64,000 bases of DNA. Source: a virus. Lineage: Duplodnaviria > Heunggongvirae > Uroviricota > Caudoviricetes. Of this stretch, positions 33,345 to 46,469 are shown piece after piece; position 1 is the stretch's first letter; every line of letters begins with the position of its first letter. The DNA is taken from the IMG/VR virus record IMGVR_UViG_2660238580_000002. One strand, 5' to 3'. The notes under the pieces are model-generated. The model was not told the origin of the DNA. It ran no database searches and saw nothing but the letters and a program-made list of their open reading frames with translations. The translations under genes and the position numbers were made by a program.

Positions 33345-33620
33345 CTACACGAAAGCCTCAGAAAGCCATGCTAAGTGCTTCGGCTTGACATATCCCGGCG
33401 TAAATTCAGAGGTGGAGCCGCCACGGGAACGGATAACCTCACCGGAAACAATCGGCGAAACGTACAGCGCCATGTTTACCAGTCCCGGAATTTGTGAGAG
33501 ATAGACTTTCTCCGTGGTGAAGGGATAGCTCTCACGGAAAAAGAGACACAGAAACAGCGGATCAAACTTAAATTTCTGCTCATTTGCCGCCAGCAGTTGG
33601 GCGGTTGTGTACATCGACAT
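33345..33620 (-). pseudogene. E: major capsid protein E, 5' fragment (codons 1-~83) fused to 9 island-derived codons
   Basis: MSMYTTAQLLAANEQKFKFDPLFL...EFTPGYVKPKH then LAWLSEAFV-stop from island sequence. Confidence 0.92.
33376..33385. repeat. 10-bp direct repeat TGCTTCGGCT (island junction, putative att core)
   Basis: Identical to 20939-20948; overlaps E codons Lys-Pro-Lys-His of the 5' fragment. Confidence 0.8.
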
Positions 33621-33675
33621 AAAAAAATCCCGTAAAAAAAGCCGCACAGGCGGCCTTTAGTGATGAAGGGTAAAG

Positions 33676-34008
33676 TTAAACGATGCTGATTGCCGTTCCG
33701 GCAAACGCGGTCCGTTTTTTCGTCTCGTCGCTGGCAGCCTCCGGCCAGAGCACATCCTCATAACGGAACGTGCCGGACTTGTAGAACGTCAGCGTGGTGC
33801 TGGTCTGGTCAGCAGCAACCGCAAGAATGCCAACGGCAGCACCGTCGGTGGTGCCATCCCACGCAACCAGCTTACGGCTGGAGGTGTCCAGCATCAGCGG
33901 GGTCATTGCAGGCGCTTTCGCACTCAATCCGCCGGGCGCGGTTGCGGTATAAGCCGGGTCACTGTTGCCCAGCGGCTGGTAATGGGTAAAGGTTTCTTTG
34001 CTCGTCAT
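33676..34008 (-). CDS. D: head decoration protein D
   Basis: [12 protein letters not shown]...; 333 nt equals lambda D. Confidence 0.92.
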   Translation of the reverse strand: MTSKETFTHYQPLGNSDPAYTATAPGGLSAKAPAMTPLMLDTSSRKLVAWDGTTDGAAVGILAVAADQTSTTLTFYKSGTFRYEDVLWPEAASDETKKRTAFAGTAISIV

Positions 34009-34017
34009 AAACATCCC

Positions 34018-34623
34018 TTACACTGGTGTGTTCAGCAAATCGTTAACGGCATCAGATGCCGGGTTACCTGCAGCCAGCGGTGCCGGTGCCCCCTGCATCA
34101 GACGATCCAGCGCAGTGTCACTGCGCGCCTGTGCACTCTGTGGTGCTGCGGCCAGAATGCGGCGGGCCGTTTCCACGGTCATACCGGGGGTTTCTGCCAG
34201 CACGCGTGCCTGTTCTTCGCGTCCGTGAGCCTCCTCACAGTTGAGGATCCCCATAATGCGGCTGTTTTCTGCCGCAACCGCTGCGGTGATCTGCGCGTTC
34301 ACGTCCGGCTGCGCCGCGCTGGCGTTTTCGCCCTCCGTCGCTGGCACCACGTCAGTAACGTCAGCCTGCGAAGCAGTGGCTGAAACAGTTGTTGATTGAG
34401 TCTCTTTGGTCATTCGCCCTCCTGAGAGACGGGATTTACGTGCATCCAGTGCATCACGCATGACGGTGATCGCATCGGTGCTGTTAACAAGTTCATCAGC
34501 CAGTCCGGCATCAATGGCCTCCTGACCGCTGTACACTGCAGCCTCGGTATCCAGCACAGCCTGCACGGACAGGCCGGTATATGCCGACACCTTCTGCGCA
34601 AACATCTGGCGGGTTGCGTCCAT
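34018..34623 (-). CDS. Nu3: scaffolding protein Nu3 (in-frame internal start within C)
   Basis: Internal Met MDATRQMFAQ gives 201 aa, matching lambda Nu3 arrangement. Confidence 0.7.
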   Translation of the reverse strand: MDATRQMFAQKVSAYTGLSVQAVLDTEAAVYSGQEAIDAGLADELVNSTDAITVMRDALDARKSRLSGGRMTKETQSTTVSATASQADVTDVVPATEGENASAAQPDVNAQITAAVAAENSRIMGILNCEEAHGREEQARVLAETPGMTVETARRILAAAPQSAQARSDTALDRLMQGAPAPLAAGNPASDAVNDLLNTPV

Positions 34624-35317
34624 CCGGGACTGCAGTGTCTCCCGGACGTCATCCGGAAGATGGCTGTAGGGGTTGCCATCCACCTTATGGCTGCCGCTGT
34701 AAATCAGAGTGATTTCCACACCCTGTTTCTCCAGCGCAGCACCGTAATTACTGTGAGCCATCATGACGCCGATGGAGCCTGTCCGGGCGGTCTGCGTGAC
34801 CAGACGCCGGGAGGCGGCACTGGCAAGCAGCTGACCTGCACTGCAGTTCATGTCGTTGGCCAGCGCCCATACCGGTTTTATGTCACGCACACGGGCGATG
34901 ATGTCAGCGCAGTCAAATGCCCCCGCCACCATCCCTCCGGGCGTGTCCATATCGAGCAGAATGCCGTCCACCATCGGATCGCTGGCAGCCTGTTGCAGAC
35001 GGGCGATAATGCCGTTGTAACCGGTCATCCCCGAATACGGCTGCAGCGCCCGCGTCCGGCTGACCAGCGTGCCGGACACCGGCAGCACGGCGATGCCGTT
35101 CATGACCTGATAACTGCGGGCCTGTCGTGGTCCGTCATCATCAACGGATAACGCCAGCGCCGCGGGTGCCTCTCCGGCAGTCAGGCTGTCGCCGGACACC
35201 GCATCCGTCAGGCGGCTGATCCCAAGCTGGCCTGCAAGCGCACAAAAGAAAACCCGCGCATAGGCGGGTTCAAGCATCAGCGGCTCATTAAAAGCCATGC
35301 TGGCAATATGCGGGAGA

Positions 35318-35337
<20 letters not shown>
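34018..35337 (-). CDS. C: capsid assembly protease C
   Basis: 1320 nt equals lambda C; GTG start inferred (VTAELRNLPHIASMAFNEPL); 20-nt overlap with B as in lambda. Confidence 0.85.
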
Positions 35338-37119
<1,782 letters not shown>

Positions 37120-37123
<4 letters not shown>

Positions 37124-39045
37124 TCATCCTCTCCGGATAAGGCACGGGCGTAATCTGCCAGTGTTTTCTTGTTGGTTGCTGCACCATCCTCTTCCTGCAG
37201 GCTCGCCAGCAGTGCACTGAGATCCAGCTGCCAGCGGGAAATACTGATGCGCAGCGCCGCCAGCGCATAAACGAAGCAGTCGAGTGCCTCATTGCGTCGC
37301 TTTTTGCTGTCCCACAGTATTTTTTTCCTGCCATCCACCCATTTTTCGACCTGCTCTTCAGCAGTCAGCTGCTGCGCTTCGGTCAGATCAAAAATATCCG
37401 GGTTATTCGGGAAGTGAACGGCACCGGGAAGCGGTTCATCCCCTTCCGGCGTCAGTGTGAAGCGGTTATAAATCTGCTCTTTCGCGGTATCCGTACCGAT
37501 TTCGGTAAGGTAAACCCCGTTTTTGTTTCGCTTACGTGGCATGCTGGCCACCGGCTTTCCGTAGACGGATGCCCCTTTAATGGGGATCACCCGGAACAGC
37601 CCATGTTTTTTCGAGCGTTCATACACAATGGTCGGGTCAATCCCGCCAGTATCCCAGCAGATACGGGATACCGACATTTCTGCACCATTCCGGCGGGTAT
37701 AGGTTTTATTGATGGCCTCATCCACACGCAGCAGCGTCTGTTCATCGTCGTGGCGACCCATAATAATCTGCCGGTCAATCAGCCAGCTTTCCTCACCCGG
37801 CCCCCATCCCCATACGCGCATTTCGTAGCGGTCCAGCTGGGAGTCGATACCGGCGGTCAGGTAAGCCACACGGTCAGGAACGGGCGCTGAATAATGCTCT
37901 TTCCGCTCCGCCATCACCTCAGCATCCGGACGTTCGCCGATTTTCGCTTCCCATGTCTCACCGAGCGTGGTGTTCACGAAGGTTTTACGTTTTCCCGTAT
38001 CCCCTTTCGTCTTCATCCAGTCTTTGACAATCTGCACCCAGGTGGTGAACGGGCTGTACGCCGTCCAGATGTGAAAGGTCACACTGTCCGGCGGCTCAAT
38101 CTCTTCACCGGATGACGAAAACCAGAGAATGCCATCACGGGTCCAGATCCCGGTCTTTTCGCAGATATAACGGGCATCAGTAAAGTCCAGCTCCTGCTGG
38201 CGGATGACGCAGGCATTATGCTCGCAGAGATAAAACACGCTGGAGGGGTCATCCGGCGTCCATTTGAGGCCAAACGGCGTCTCTTTGTCGCCAAATTTAA
38301 GATACTGCTCCTCCCCGCAGTGCGGGCAGGCAACATGAAAACGCATAAAATGCAGGGATTCACTGGCTGCACGCTCAATCTGGCAGGTGCCTCTCACTTT
38401 GGGCGTGGAGCCACGGATGGACTTTGGCCAGACCGAGCCTTCAATACGTTTGTCGCCAAGGAACGTCGGAGAGCCTTCCTGTTCAATATCCTCATCAAAG
38501 GCAGCAAGTTCATCATAACCCGCCACATCCACCGACTTTTCACGGTAGTTTTTTGCCGCTTTACCGCCCAGGCACCAGAAGCCACGACCATTGGAAAAAC
38601 GCTTCATAGTGAGCGTGTTATCCCGGTGCTTTTTGCCATACCACGGAGCCAGCGCCAGCAGCGACGGAATATCGCGGATGGTCGGCTCAACGTGGGTTTT
38701 CATAAAGTTCTCGGCATCACCATCCGTCGGCAACCAGATAAGGGTGTTGCGCTGCTTATGCTCTATAAAGTAGGCATAAACACCCAGCAGCATTTTGGAA
38801 TAACCGACACGGGCAGACTTCACCACATTCACCTCACGGATGTAGTCGCTGCCCATCGCATTCATGATGGCCCGCTGAAAGGGCAGTGTTTCCCAGCGCC
38901 CTTCCTGGTATGCGGATTCTTTCGGGAGATAGTAATTAGCATCCGCCCATTCAACGGCGGTCTGTGGCTCCGGCCTGAACAGTGAGCGAAGCCCGGCGCG
39001 GACAAAATGCCGCAGCCTGTTAACCTGACTGTTCGATATATTCAC
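37120..39045 (-). CDS. A: terminase large subunit A
   Basis: 641 aa; 1926 nt equals lambda A. Confidence 0.93.
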
Positions 39046-39565
39046 TCAGCAACCCCGGTATCAGTTCATCCAGCGCGGCTGCTTTGTTCATGGCTTTGAT
39101 GATATCCCGTTTCAGGAAATCAACATGTCGGTTTTCCAGTTCCGGAAAACGCCGCTGCACCGACAGGGGGATCCCGTCGAGAATACTGGCAATTTCACCT
39201 GCGATCCGCGACAGCACGAAAGTACAGAATGCGGTTTCCACCACTTCAGCGGAGTCTCTGGCATTTTTCAGCTCCTGTGCGTCGGCCTGCGCACGCGTAA
39301 GTCGATGGCGTTCGTACTCAATAGTCCCTGGCTGGAGATCTGTCTCGCTGGCCTGCCGCAGTTCTTCAACTTCCCGGCGCAGCTTTTCGTTCTCAATTTC
39401 AGCATCCCTTTCGGCATACCATCTTATAACGGCGGCAGAGTCATAAAGCACCTCATTACCCTTGCCACCGCCTCGCAGAACGGGCATTCCCTGTTCCTGC
39501 CAGTTCTGAATGGTACGGATACTCGCACCGAAAATGTCAGCCAGCTGCTTTTTGTTGACTTCCAT
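39020..39565 (-). CDS. Nu1: terminase small subunit Nu1
   Basis: 181 aa MEVNKKQLADIFGASIRTIQNWQEQGMPVLRGGGKGNEV; 546 nt equals lambda Nu1. Confidence 0.93.
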   Translation of the reverse strand: MEVNKKQLADIFGASIRTIQNWQEQGMPVLRGGGKGNEVLYDSAAVIRWYAERDAEIENEKLRREVEELRQASETDLQPGTIEYERHRLTRAQADAQELKNARDSAEVVETAFCTFVLSRIAGEIASILDGIPLSVQRRFPELENRHVDFLKRDIIKAMNKAAALDELIPGLLSEYIEQSG

Positions 39566-39599
39566 TGTTCATTCCACGGCCAAAAACAGAGAAAGGAAA

Positions 39600-39790
39600 C
39601 GACAGAGGCCCAAAAGCTCGTTTTCAGCACCTGTCGTTTCCTTTCTTTTCAGGGGGTATTTTAAATAAAAACATTAAGTTACGACGAAGAAGAACGGAAA
39701 TGCCTTAAACCGGAAAATTTTCATAAATAGCGAAAACCCGCGAGGTCGCCGCCCCGTAACCTGTCGGATCACCGGAAAGGACCCGTAAAG
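39600..39790 (-). other. prophage cos site (cosB, cosN at 39743-39754, cosQ)
   Basis: Contains AGGTCGCCGCCC (reverse complement of lambda cohesive end GGGCGGCGACCT) followed by CGTAACCTGTCGGATCACCGGAAAGGACCCGT. Confidence 0.85.
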
Positions 39791-39953
39791 TGATAATGAT
39801 TATCATCTACATATCACAACGTGCGTGGAGGCCATCAAACCACGTCAAATAATCAATTATGACGCAGGTATCGTATTAATTGATCTGCATCAACTTAACG
39901 TAAAAACAACTTCAGACAATACAAATCAGCGACACTGAATACGGGGCAACCTC

Positions 39954-40187
39954 ATGTCAACGAAGAACAGAACCCGCAGAACAACAACCCGCAACATCCG
40001 CTTTCCTAACCAAATGATTGAACAAATTAACATCGCTCTTGAGCAAAAAGGGTCCGGGAATTTCTCAGCCTGGGTCATTGAAGCCTGCCGCCGGAGACTG
40101 TGCTCAGAAAAAAGAGTTTCTTCTGAAGCAAACAAAGAAAAGAGTGACATTACTGAATTGCTCAGAAAACAGGTCAGACCAGATTGA
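39954..40187 (+). CDS. small RHH-like prophage protein
   Basis: 77 aa with NIRFPNQMIEQINIALEQKGSGNFSAWVIEACRRRL; position just past cos, divergent from head genes. Confidence 0.5.
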   Translation: MSTKNRTRRTTTRNIRFPNQMIEQINIALEQKGSGNFSAWVIEACRRRLCSEKRVSSEANKEKSDITELLRKQVRPD

Positions 40188-40229
40188 AGCAATTTAGATA
40201 ATCGTGCAGACTACGCCCCCTCATATCAC

Positions 40230-40655
40230 ATGGAAGGTTTATCTATGGATCAGGTAGTCATTTTTAAACAAATATTTGATAAAGTTCGAAACGATTTAAA
40301 CTATCAATGGTTTTATTCTGAGCTAAAACGTCACAATGTCTCACATTACATTTACTATTTAGCCACAGAGAATGTTCATATTGTATTAAAAAATGATAAT
40401 ACAGTGTTATTAAAGGGCCTAAAAAACATTGTGTCTGTCAAATTTTCAAAGGATAGGCATCTTATAGAAACGACCTCTAATAAGCTGAAATCCAGAGAGA
40501 TCACATTTCAGGAATACAGAAGAAACCTTGCTAAAGCAGGAGTTTTTCGGTGGGTTACAAATATCCACGAACAAAAAAGATATTACTATACCTTTGATAA
40601 TTCATTACTATTTACTGAAAGCATCCAGAAAACTACACAGATCTTACCACGCTAA
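40230..40655 (+). CDS. ydfO: DUF1398-family prophage protein
   Basis: 141-aa ORF; position and size match K-12 ydfO from recollection. Confidence 0.55.
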
Positions 40656-40806
40656 ACCATAACGTCCGGCTTCTCTCACTCCTGAGCCGGACTGCATTGG
40701 TTTAATAAAAACCATCAACAATTGTGATTTAGATATTCGGAACCATTCAAATATAACAAAACCCCGTAAAAACGAGGTTTATGGATAAATTTTATTATTG
40801 AATACA

Positions 40807-40982
40807 TCAGATTAAATTAATCTTGACATCATAGCTTTCAAGACCCGTCATTTTTTCCCGTGCGGTAAACTGAATACTGGTAACTTCTTTCCCGGTCTTT
40901 TTCTTAAGTTCAATAATTTTTTTGTTATATATTCAGAAATATCTGCTTCTGCTTTTGTTTTTAAGTTTTCAATATTCATCAT
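40807..40982 (-). pseudogene. gnsB: gnsB/gnsA-family gene with frameshift in an A7 run
   Basis: N-frame MMNIENLKTKAEADISEYITKK then early stop; +1 frame continues IIELKKKTGKEVTSIQFTAREKMTGLESYDVKINLI; one extra A would give an intact 58-aa ORF. Confidence 0.6.
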
Positions 40983-41150
40983 TTCCTCTTTTAGTCTGTT
41001 ATGACTTTCCAGTTACACAGTAAGTCGATTATATGGTGCAAACGTGTAAAAGATAAGATGAAACATCGCAATAATCAACATACGATAGTCTAAATTTTAC
41101 ACAAACAGACAAAGAGAATTTTCCTGAATTATCAATGCAATAGCATCAAA

Positions 41151-41381
41151 TCAACTCAAGAGCCTTATTGCTGCTTCCAGAATTTCTTCTGAAGTAACAT
41201 GTCGATCCGCGGCTACATAAATGACTTTATGATCTCCGGTCAGAGATGGAAACCCTGCGGCCATTACAGTAAGGTGTGTTTTTTCGCCATTTGGATATTC
41301 ACGCATGATGGTGTTAACTCCAGTCATCGCTGGCACTACCACTGCTGGTTCAGAGTTAAAAAAAACTATGATTTTTTTCAT
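41151..41381 (-). CDS. hypothetical small prophage protein
   Basis: ORF from internal Met MKKIIVFFNSEPAVVVPAMTGVN. Confidence 0.4.
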   Translation of the reverse strand: MKKIIVFFNSEPAVVVPAMTGVNTIMREYPNGEKTHLTVMAAGFPSLTGDHKVIYVAADRHVTSEEILEAAIRLLS

Positions 41382-41652
41382 GATGTTACCGTAGTATGTG
41401 AGTATCCATCGAATAGACACCAAGCAAAAAAGCTCCCGAAGGAGCCTTCATTTTCACTTTTTTAAATCCAACGACAGACGGCTGGCATTTAAGTATTGTG
41501 AAATATTATCAAATGTAATCATCATTGATTTACAAAAGATACATTTTGCCCCGAAAGGATTCATGTCAGAAACATCAAAAGATGATGTTCTATACTGGGA
41601 ACCATGACAACACGGGCATCTAAAGTGAATATGGTTTGTAATATTGTCTACC

Positions 41653-41865
41653 TCAAAGCGCCACTACATGAACAGCGGCAGGACCTTTAGGTCCGTTCTC
41701 AATACCAAATTCAACTTCCTGATTCTCAGTTAATGTTTTGAAATCGTTGCTCTGAATTGCTGAGAAATGGACAAACACATCTTTGCTGCCATCTTTCGGC
41801 GTGATGAAACCAAAACCTTTTTCAGGGTTAAACCATTTCACTAAACCAGTCATTTTGTTAGACAT
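41653..41865 (-). CDS. cspI: cold shock protein (CspA family)
   Basis: 70 aa [38 protein letters not shown], cold-shock domain. Confidence 0.85.
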   Translation of the reverse strand: MSNKMTGLVKWFNPEKGFGFITPKDGSKDVFVHFSAIQSNDFKTLTENQEVEFGIENGPKGPAAVHVVAL

Positions 41866-42227
41866 AATTATTACCTTTTGAAGAAATTAGCCCTTGGGCA
41901 GAATGGTCCGAAAAAAAATATCAGAGAGAAAAACCAACAAGGAAATCTCAAGAGGTACAAATAATAAAATTATAACAATGACTGCTTCAGATAAATTTGT
42001 AACAAACCAGAACACCATTAACGCATGATTAACCACCCATAGCAAGGATTACTTTTGTAAAGAAAAACACAGCAATGAAAGAATAGCTTTATTTATTAAT
42101 AAAACGTGTCATTCTGATTAAGACCTTTTATCTTACCCTTAAGATTTCAGGAATTTTGGCTCATGGAAGAGTCCTTTTTATTTAAATTTTACATTCCGCG
42201 ATGTAAATGTTCCGATTTAATATTACC

Positions 42228-43251
<1,024 letters not shown>

Positions 43252-43255
<4 letters not shown>

Positions 43256-43563
43256 AGATATTTATGATGAGGACGCTCGTGCTTATTGGCAGGATTTTCA
43301 ATCTTAAAGGAGTACTGATGCTGCAGATAAGACTCAACTTTTTCTGACAATTTTTCTGCTACTTCCAGGAAGACTTGCCGGACGCTCCTTCTGGCTGCTG
43401 CCTCATAAAACTCCAGCGCAGCTCCTTCAACACGGTCCATGGCGACATCCAGGTCAAAAATTTCACCGTCAAAGCGTTCTTTGTCCTGTAAGGCTACAGT
43501 TACCGTAACTTTATTCTCAAAATTACGGACTCCTTTCACAACCAGTTCATAGTCTTGAGTCAT
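43252..43563 (-). CDS. ydfR: prophage protein YdfR-like
   Basis: 103-aa ORF between holin and endolysin, as in Qin. Confidence 0.6.
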
Positions 43564-43567
43564 TGGA

Positions 43568-43783
43568 TTACTCTCCTCTCGCAGCCTTACGCCTGTCTTC
43601 TTTAATCTTGAAATAAAGATTTGTCAGATACGTCAGCAGGCCAAAAACCAGGCTACCCAGCACACCGATTGCAGCCCACTGTGACGGAGTTACTTTATCG
43701 AGTAACTGCAATGCCCAGAAACCAGCATTACCCGCCGATGTGCCATAGGCAACACCTGTTGTTAACTTATCCATTGATTTCAT
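43568..43783 (-). CDS. essQ: pinholin (phage 21 S-type class II holin)
   Basis: 71 aa [26 protein letters not shown]...; dual-start MKSM, two TM segments. Confidence 0.85.
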   Translation of the reverse strand: MKSMDKLTTGVAYGTSAGNAGFWALQLLDKVTPSQWAAIGVLGSLVFGLLTYLTNLYFKIKEDRRKAARGE

Positions 43784-44002
43784 ATCCTCACCCCGATGTA
43801 CACGGATGGTGCAATATGTTTGAAAAGATCGGAGTCTACGGGGTAGTTTTGACAGCACACGTTGTTCTCAACGGCGCTAAAAAAACATACACATTAAAAA
43901 TGTGGGTAATTATTTTGAAAGAAAGTCATATATAAAATAATAATACGAGAAATGTTTTCATATTTAGTGTACTGTATACGGCCATTTATACAGGAAAAGC
44001 CT

Positions 44003-44173
44003 ATGTCAGAACGTAAAAACTCAAAATCACGCCGTAATTATCTCGTTAAATGTTCCTGCCCAAACTGCACCCAAGAGTCAGAACACAGTTTTTCAAGAGT
44101 ACAAAAAGGTGCCCTTTTGATCTGCCCTCATTGCAACAAAGTATTCCAGACAAATCTTAAAGCTGTAGCCTGA
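44003..44173 (+). CDS. small zinc-ribbon protein
   Basis: CSCPNC...CPHCNK motif pair; followed by hairpin terminator. Confidence 0.4.
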   Translation: MSERKNSKSRRNYLVKCSCPNCTQESEHSFSRVQKGALLICPHCNKVFQTNLKAVA

Positions 44174-44233
44174 TTGATTTTATTAGTAACAAGTATTTTT
44201 TATATTTTAATAATATATTTAAAGCAGATAATA

Positions 44234-44254
44234 AAAAACCCGCCTGAGCGGGTT
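44234..44254. terminator. terminator-like hairpin
   Basis: AAAACCCGCCTGAGCGGGTTT stem-loop with flanking A/T runs. Confidence 0.45.
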
Positions 44255-44536
44255 TGAGATTGTGGTGCTTTTTGTGGGAGTCATCCACTTACGCACTTTG
44301 TTTTGCCATGCCAGCAGTTAGCTTCTGCTGTAAAACTATTCATGCAGCAAACCTGCACTTCACCACAATGGTTAGCATACTTTTCCTGATTAATATTTTG
44401 CCAAATATGCTAGCCATTGTTTCATGTATTGGACCTCCTTACTTTTTATTAAAGAGATCCAATATTCACTACTCTGTCCGTATCTCTACTCAGGCATCAG
44501 CCTTCTTCGTTATCGTATACAGACGAGCGATGAATT

Positions 44537-44752
44537 TTAATCAGTAATGATGACATTTGCTGCTGCAGGACCTTTAGCACCACTCTCTATAGAGAAGGTA
44601 ACCTTTTGACCTTCAAATAAGGTTCGATAATTATCATTCTGAATCGCAGAAAAATGCACAAACACATCTTTACTACCATCAACAGGAGAAATAAAGCCGA
44701 AACCTTTATCAGCGTTAAACCATTTTACTAAACCAGTCATTTTATTTGACAT
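44537..44752 (-). CDS. cspB: cold shock protein (CspA family)
   Basis: 71 aa [34 protein letters not shown]. Confidence 0.85.
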   Translation of the reverse strand: MSNKMTGLVKWFNADKGFGFISPVDGSKDVFVHFSAIQNDNYRTLFEGQKVTFSIESGAKGPAAANVIITD

Positions 44753-45052
44753 TCTACATTCCTTAACTTGAGCCTTTCGGCATAAATGGTTTGCATAACA
44801 GAAACGACTTCGTACTTAATTGGAGAGACTCAAAGAAGGAATAAGTGAATAACACCTGAAATGAGAACTGCTTTAGTAAACTACTTCGTATATCGTCTGT
44901 TCTTCAAACCGACGCAATCATTAACGCATAGTTGAACATATGAAGCAATGTTTATTTTAGACATCCAGCCATCTTCAACCCCATCAAAAAACTATAGCTT
45001 TCTTCAGGAACGTGTGTATAGTGCGCCAAGTTATCAGTATTAAGGAATTTTT

Positions 45053-45265
45053 TTGTCCCGTAAAATGACAGGAATTGTCAAAACCTTTGACGGCAAAAGC
45101 GGCAAGGGTCTTATCACCCCATCCGATGGTCGTATCGATGTCCAGCTTCATGTTTCAGCGCTCAATCTCCGCGATGCAGAAGAAATTACCACCGGATTAC
45201 GCGTGGAATTTTGCCGGATAAATGGTCTGCGTGGCCCTTCAGCTGCCAATGTTTACCTTTCATGA
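45053..45265 (+). CDS. cspF: cold shock-like protein (CspF/CspH type)
   Basis: 70 aa [33 protein letters not shown]. Confidence 0.8.
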
Positions 45266-45557
45266 GCTATATTAAAGCTTTAATTTCAGGCCCCATCGGA
45301 TCACACATGGAGAGTTTTTATGAATAACCCCGTCTGTCTTGATGACTGGTTGATTGGCTTTAAAAGCTTATGCTGTACTTTGGCCGTAATAGCTCTGCTA
45401 ATAATATAATAAGCAGACTCATTGTGTTTAGGGACATTGTACTGGAAGAAAACATTTTAAACATCAGGCAAATAACCAAGTCACCAGCTAAATAATAAGT
45501 TAACAGACATGAGTCCCGGGATGAGATTCAACATTACCATTGCCCCATTTAAAGCAC

Positions 45558-45580
45558 AAAACCCGCTCATCAGCGGGTTT
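45558..45580. terminator. hairpin terminator downstream of Q (candidate late terminator tR')
   Basis: AAACCCGCTCATCAGCGGGTTT stem-loop about 110 nt downstream of Q stop. Confidence 0.45.
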
Positions 45581-45686
45581 TCTACTTTTTCTTAACGTCG
45601 GGTATACAAAGCCCATCGTTGAAAAAATTTTATCCATATTTTTTGAAAAATGCAAACATCATGTCGCCATCTTCAGCAAAAATCAT

Positions 45687-46469
45687 TTATCTCGTCACCT
45701 TCCTCAATTGCGCTTCCGCGTATGCTTCTTCCTGCCAGCACTTTGTTACCAGTTTACCAATGACGTCCGCATACCCCTTATACCACTGATAATCGGTCAG
45801 GTCTGGTACCAGCTTCTGGACATGACGTCGTGCCAGCGTGGTCGGTAAACGACTAAACCGGTTTCCATTACAACGCCCACAAATCTTATATACCGGTACG
45901 CCATGAAACCGGGTTCTTTTTTCATCCAGAACAATCCCTTTACCCTTACACCCTCTGCACGCTGTGCTGGCTTCGCCCTTACCATGGCAATGCTGACATA
46001 GTTCCTTCACCCATTCTTCCTTGATTACAGATTCCCCGCGTCTGTAGTGTTTCACCACTTCGCGCAATACATTATAAAATCCCGTACCTGAACAATGCTC
46101 ACCGCGAGCCTTACTTGCCGCAGACCTGGAGTAATCAGCAAAGGCAAAACTCACGAGGTAAGGAATAATCTGTAACCGGATTTCTTCACTCAATTTGTTC
46201 AATGTCGGGTTATCCAGTGCCATCGCGTAATTTAGCAGGCCTTCAATCGCAAACTGAGGGTCCTGAACACCAACTTTTGCCAGAAATAAGGCCAACCCAA
46301 GTGGTGCTTTCGACTGCACCATCCCCTGCGCTGCCATTACATCCGTAATTGTTAAACAACCGGTGCCTGTCGCTGGAGCGTCATCGCTCAATTTTGGAGA
46401 TTTTGGGGAGTAATATTTTGGTAAGGCTTCAAGGTTCATGCTCGTTCTCCACTTACGCCAGTACGCCAA
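45687..46469 (-). CDS. quuQ: late-gene antiterminator Q (phage 21/82-type)
   Basis: 260 aa with Cys-rich zinc motif CQHCHGKGEASTACRGCKGKG; located upstream of lysis cassette. Confidence 0.8.
   Translation of the reverse strand: MAYWRKWRTSMNLEALPKYYSPKSPKLSDDAPATGTGCLTITDVMAAQGMVQSKAPLGLALFLAKVGVQDPQFAIEGLLNYAMALDNPTLNKLSEEIRLQIIPYLVSFAFADYSRSAASKARGEHCSGTGFYNVLREVVKHYRRGESVIKEEWVKELCQHCHGKGEASTACRGCKGKGIVLDEKRTRFHGVPVYKICGRCNGNRFSRLPTTLARRHVQKLVPDLTDYQWYKGYADVIGKLVTKCWQEEAYAEAQLRKVTR

Larger units (their letters stand above)
20939..33385. mobile_element. satellite-like (PICI/P4-like) integrative island inserted in prophage gene E
   Basis: Bounded by 10-bp direct repeats; contains P4-type int, alpA, primase, iteron ori, SSB, cos-like site, Nu1-like, E-like and D-like genes; E fragments sum to exactly 1026 nt. 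Confidence 0.85.

Noticed and set aside
20939-33385. tRNA or tmRNA gene as the island attachment site
   Set aside because: No tRNA-like sequence is recognisable at either junction; both junctions lie inside the protein-coding sequence of gene E.
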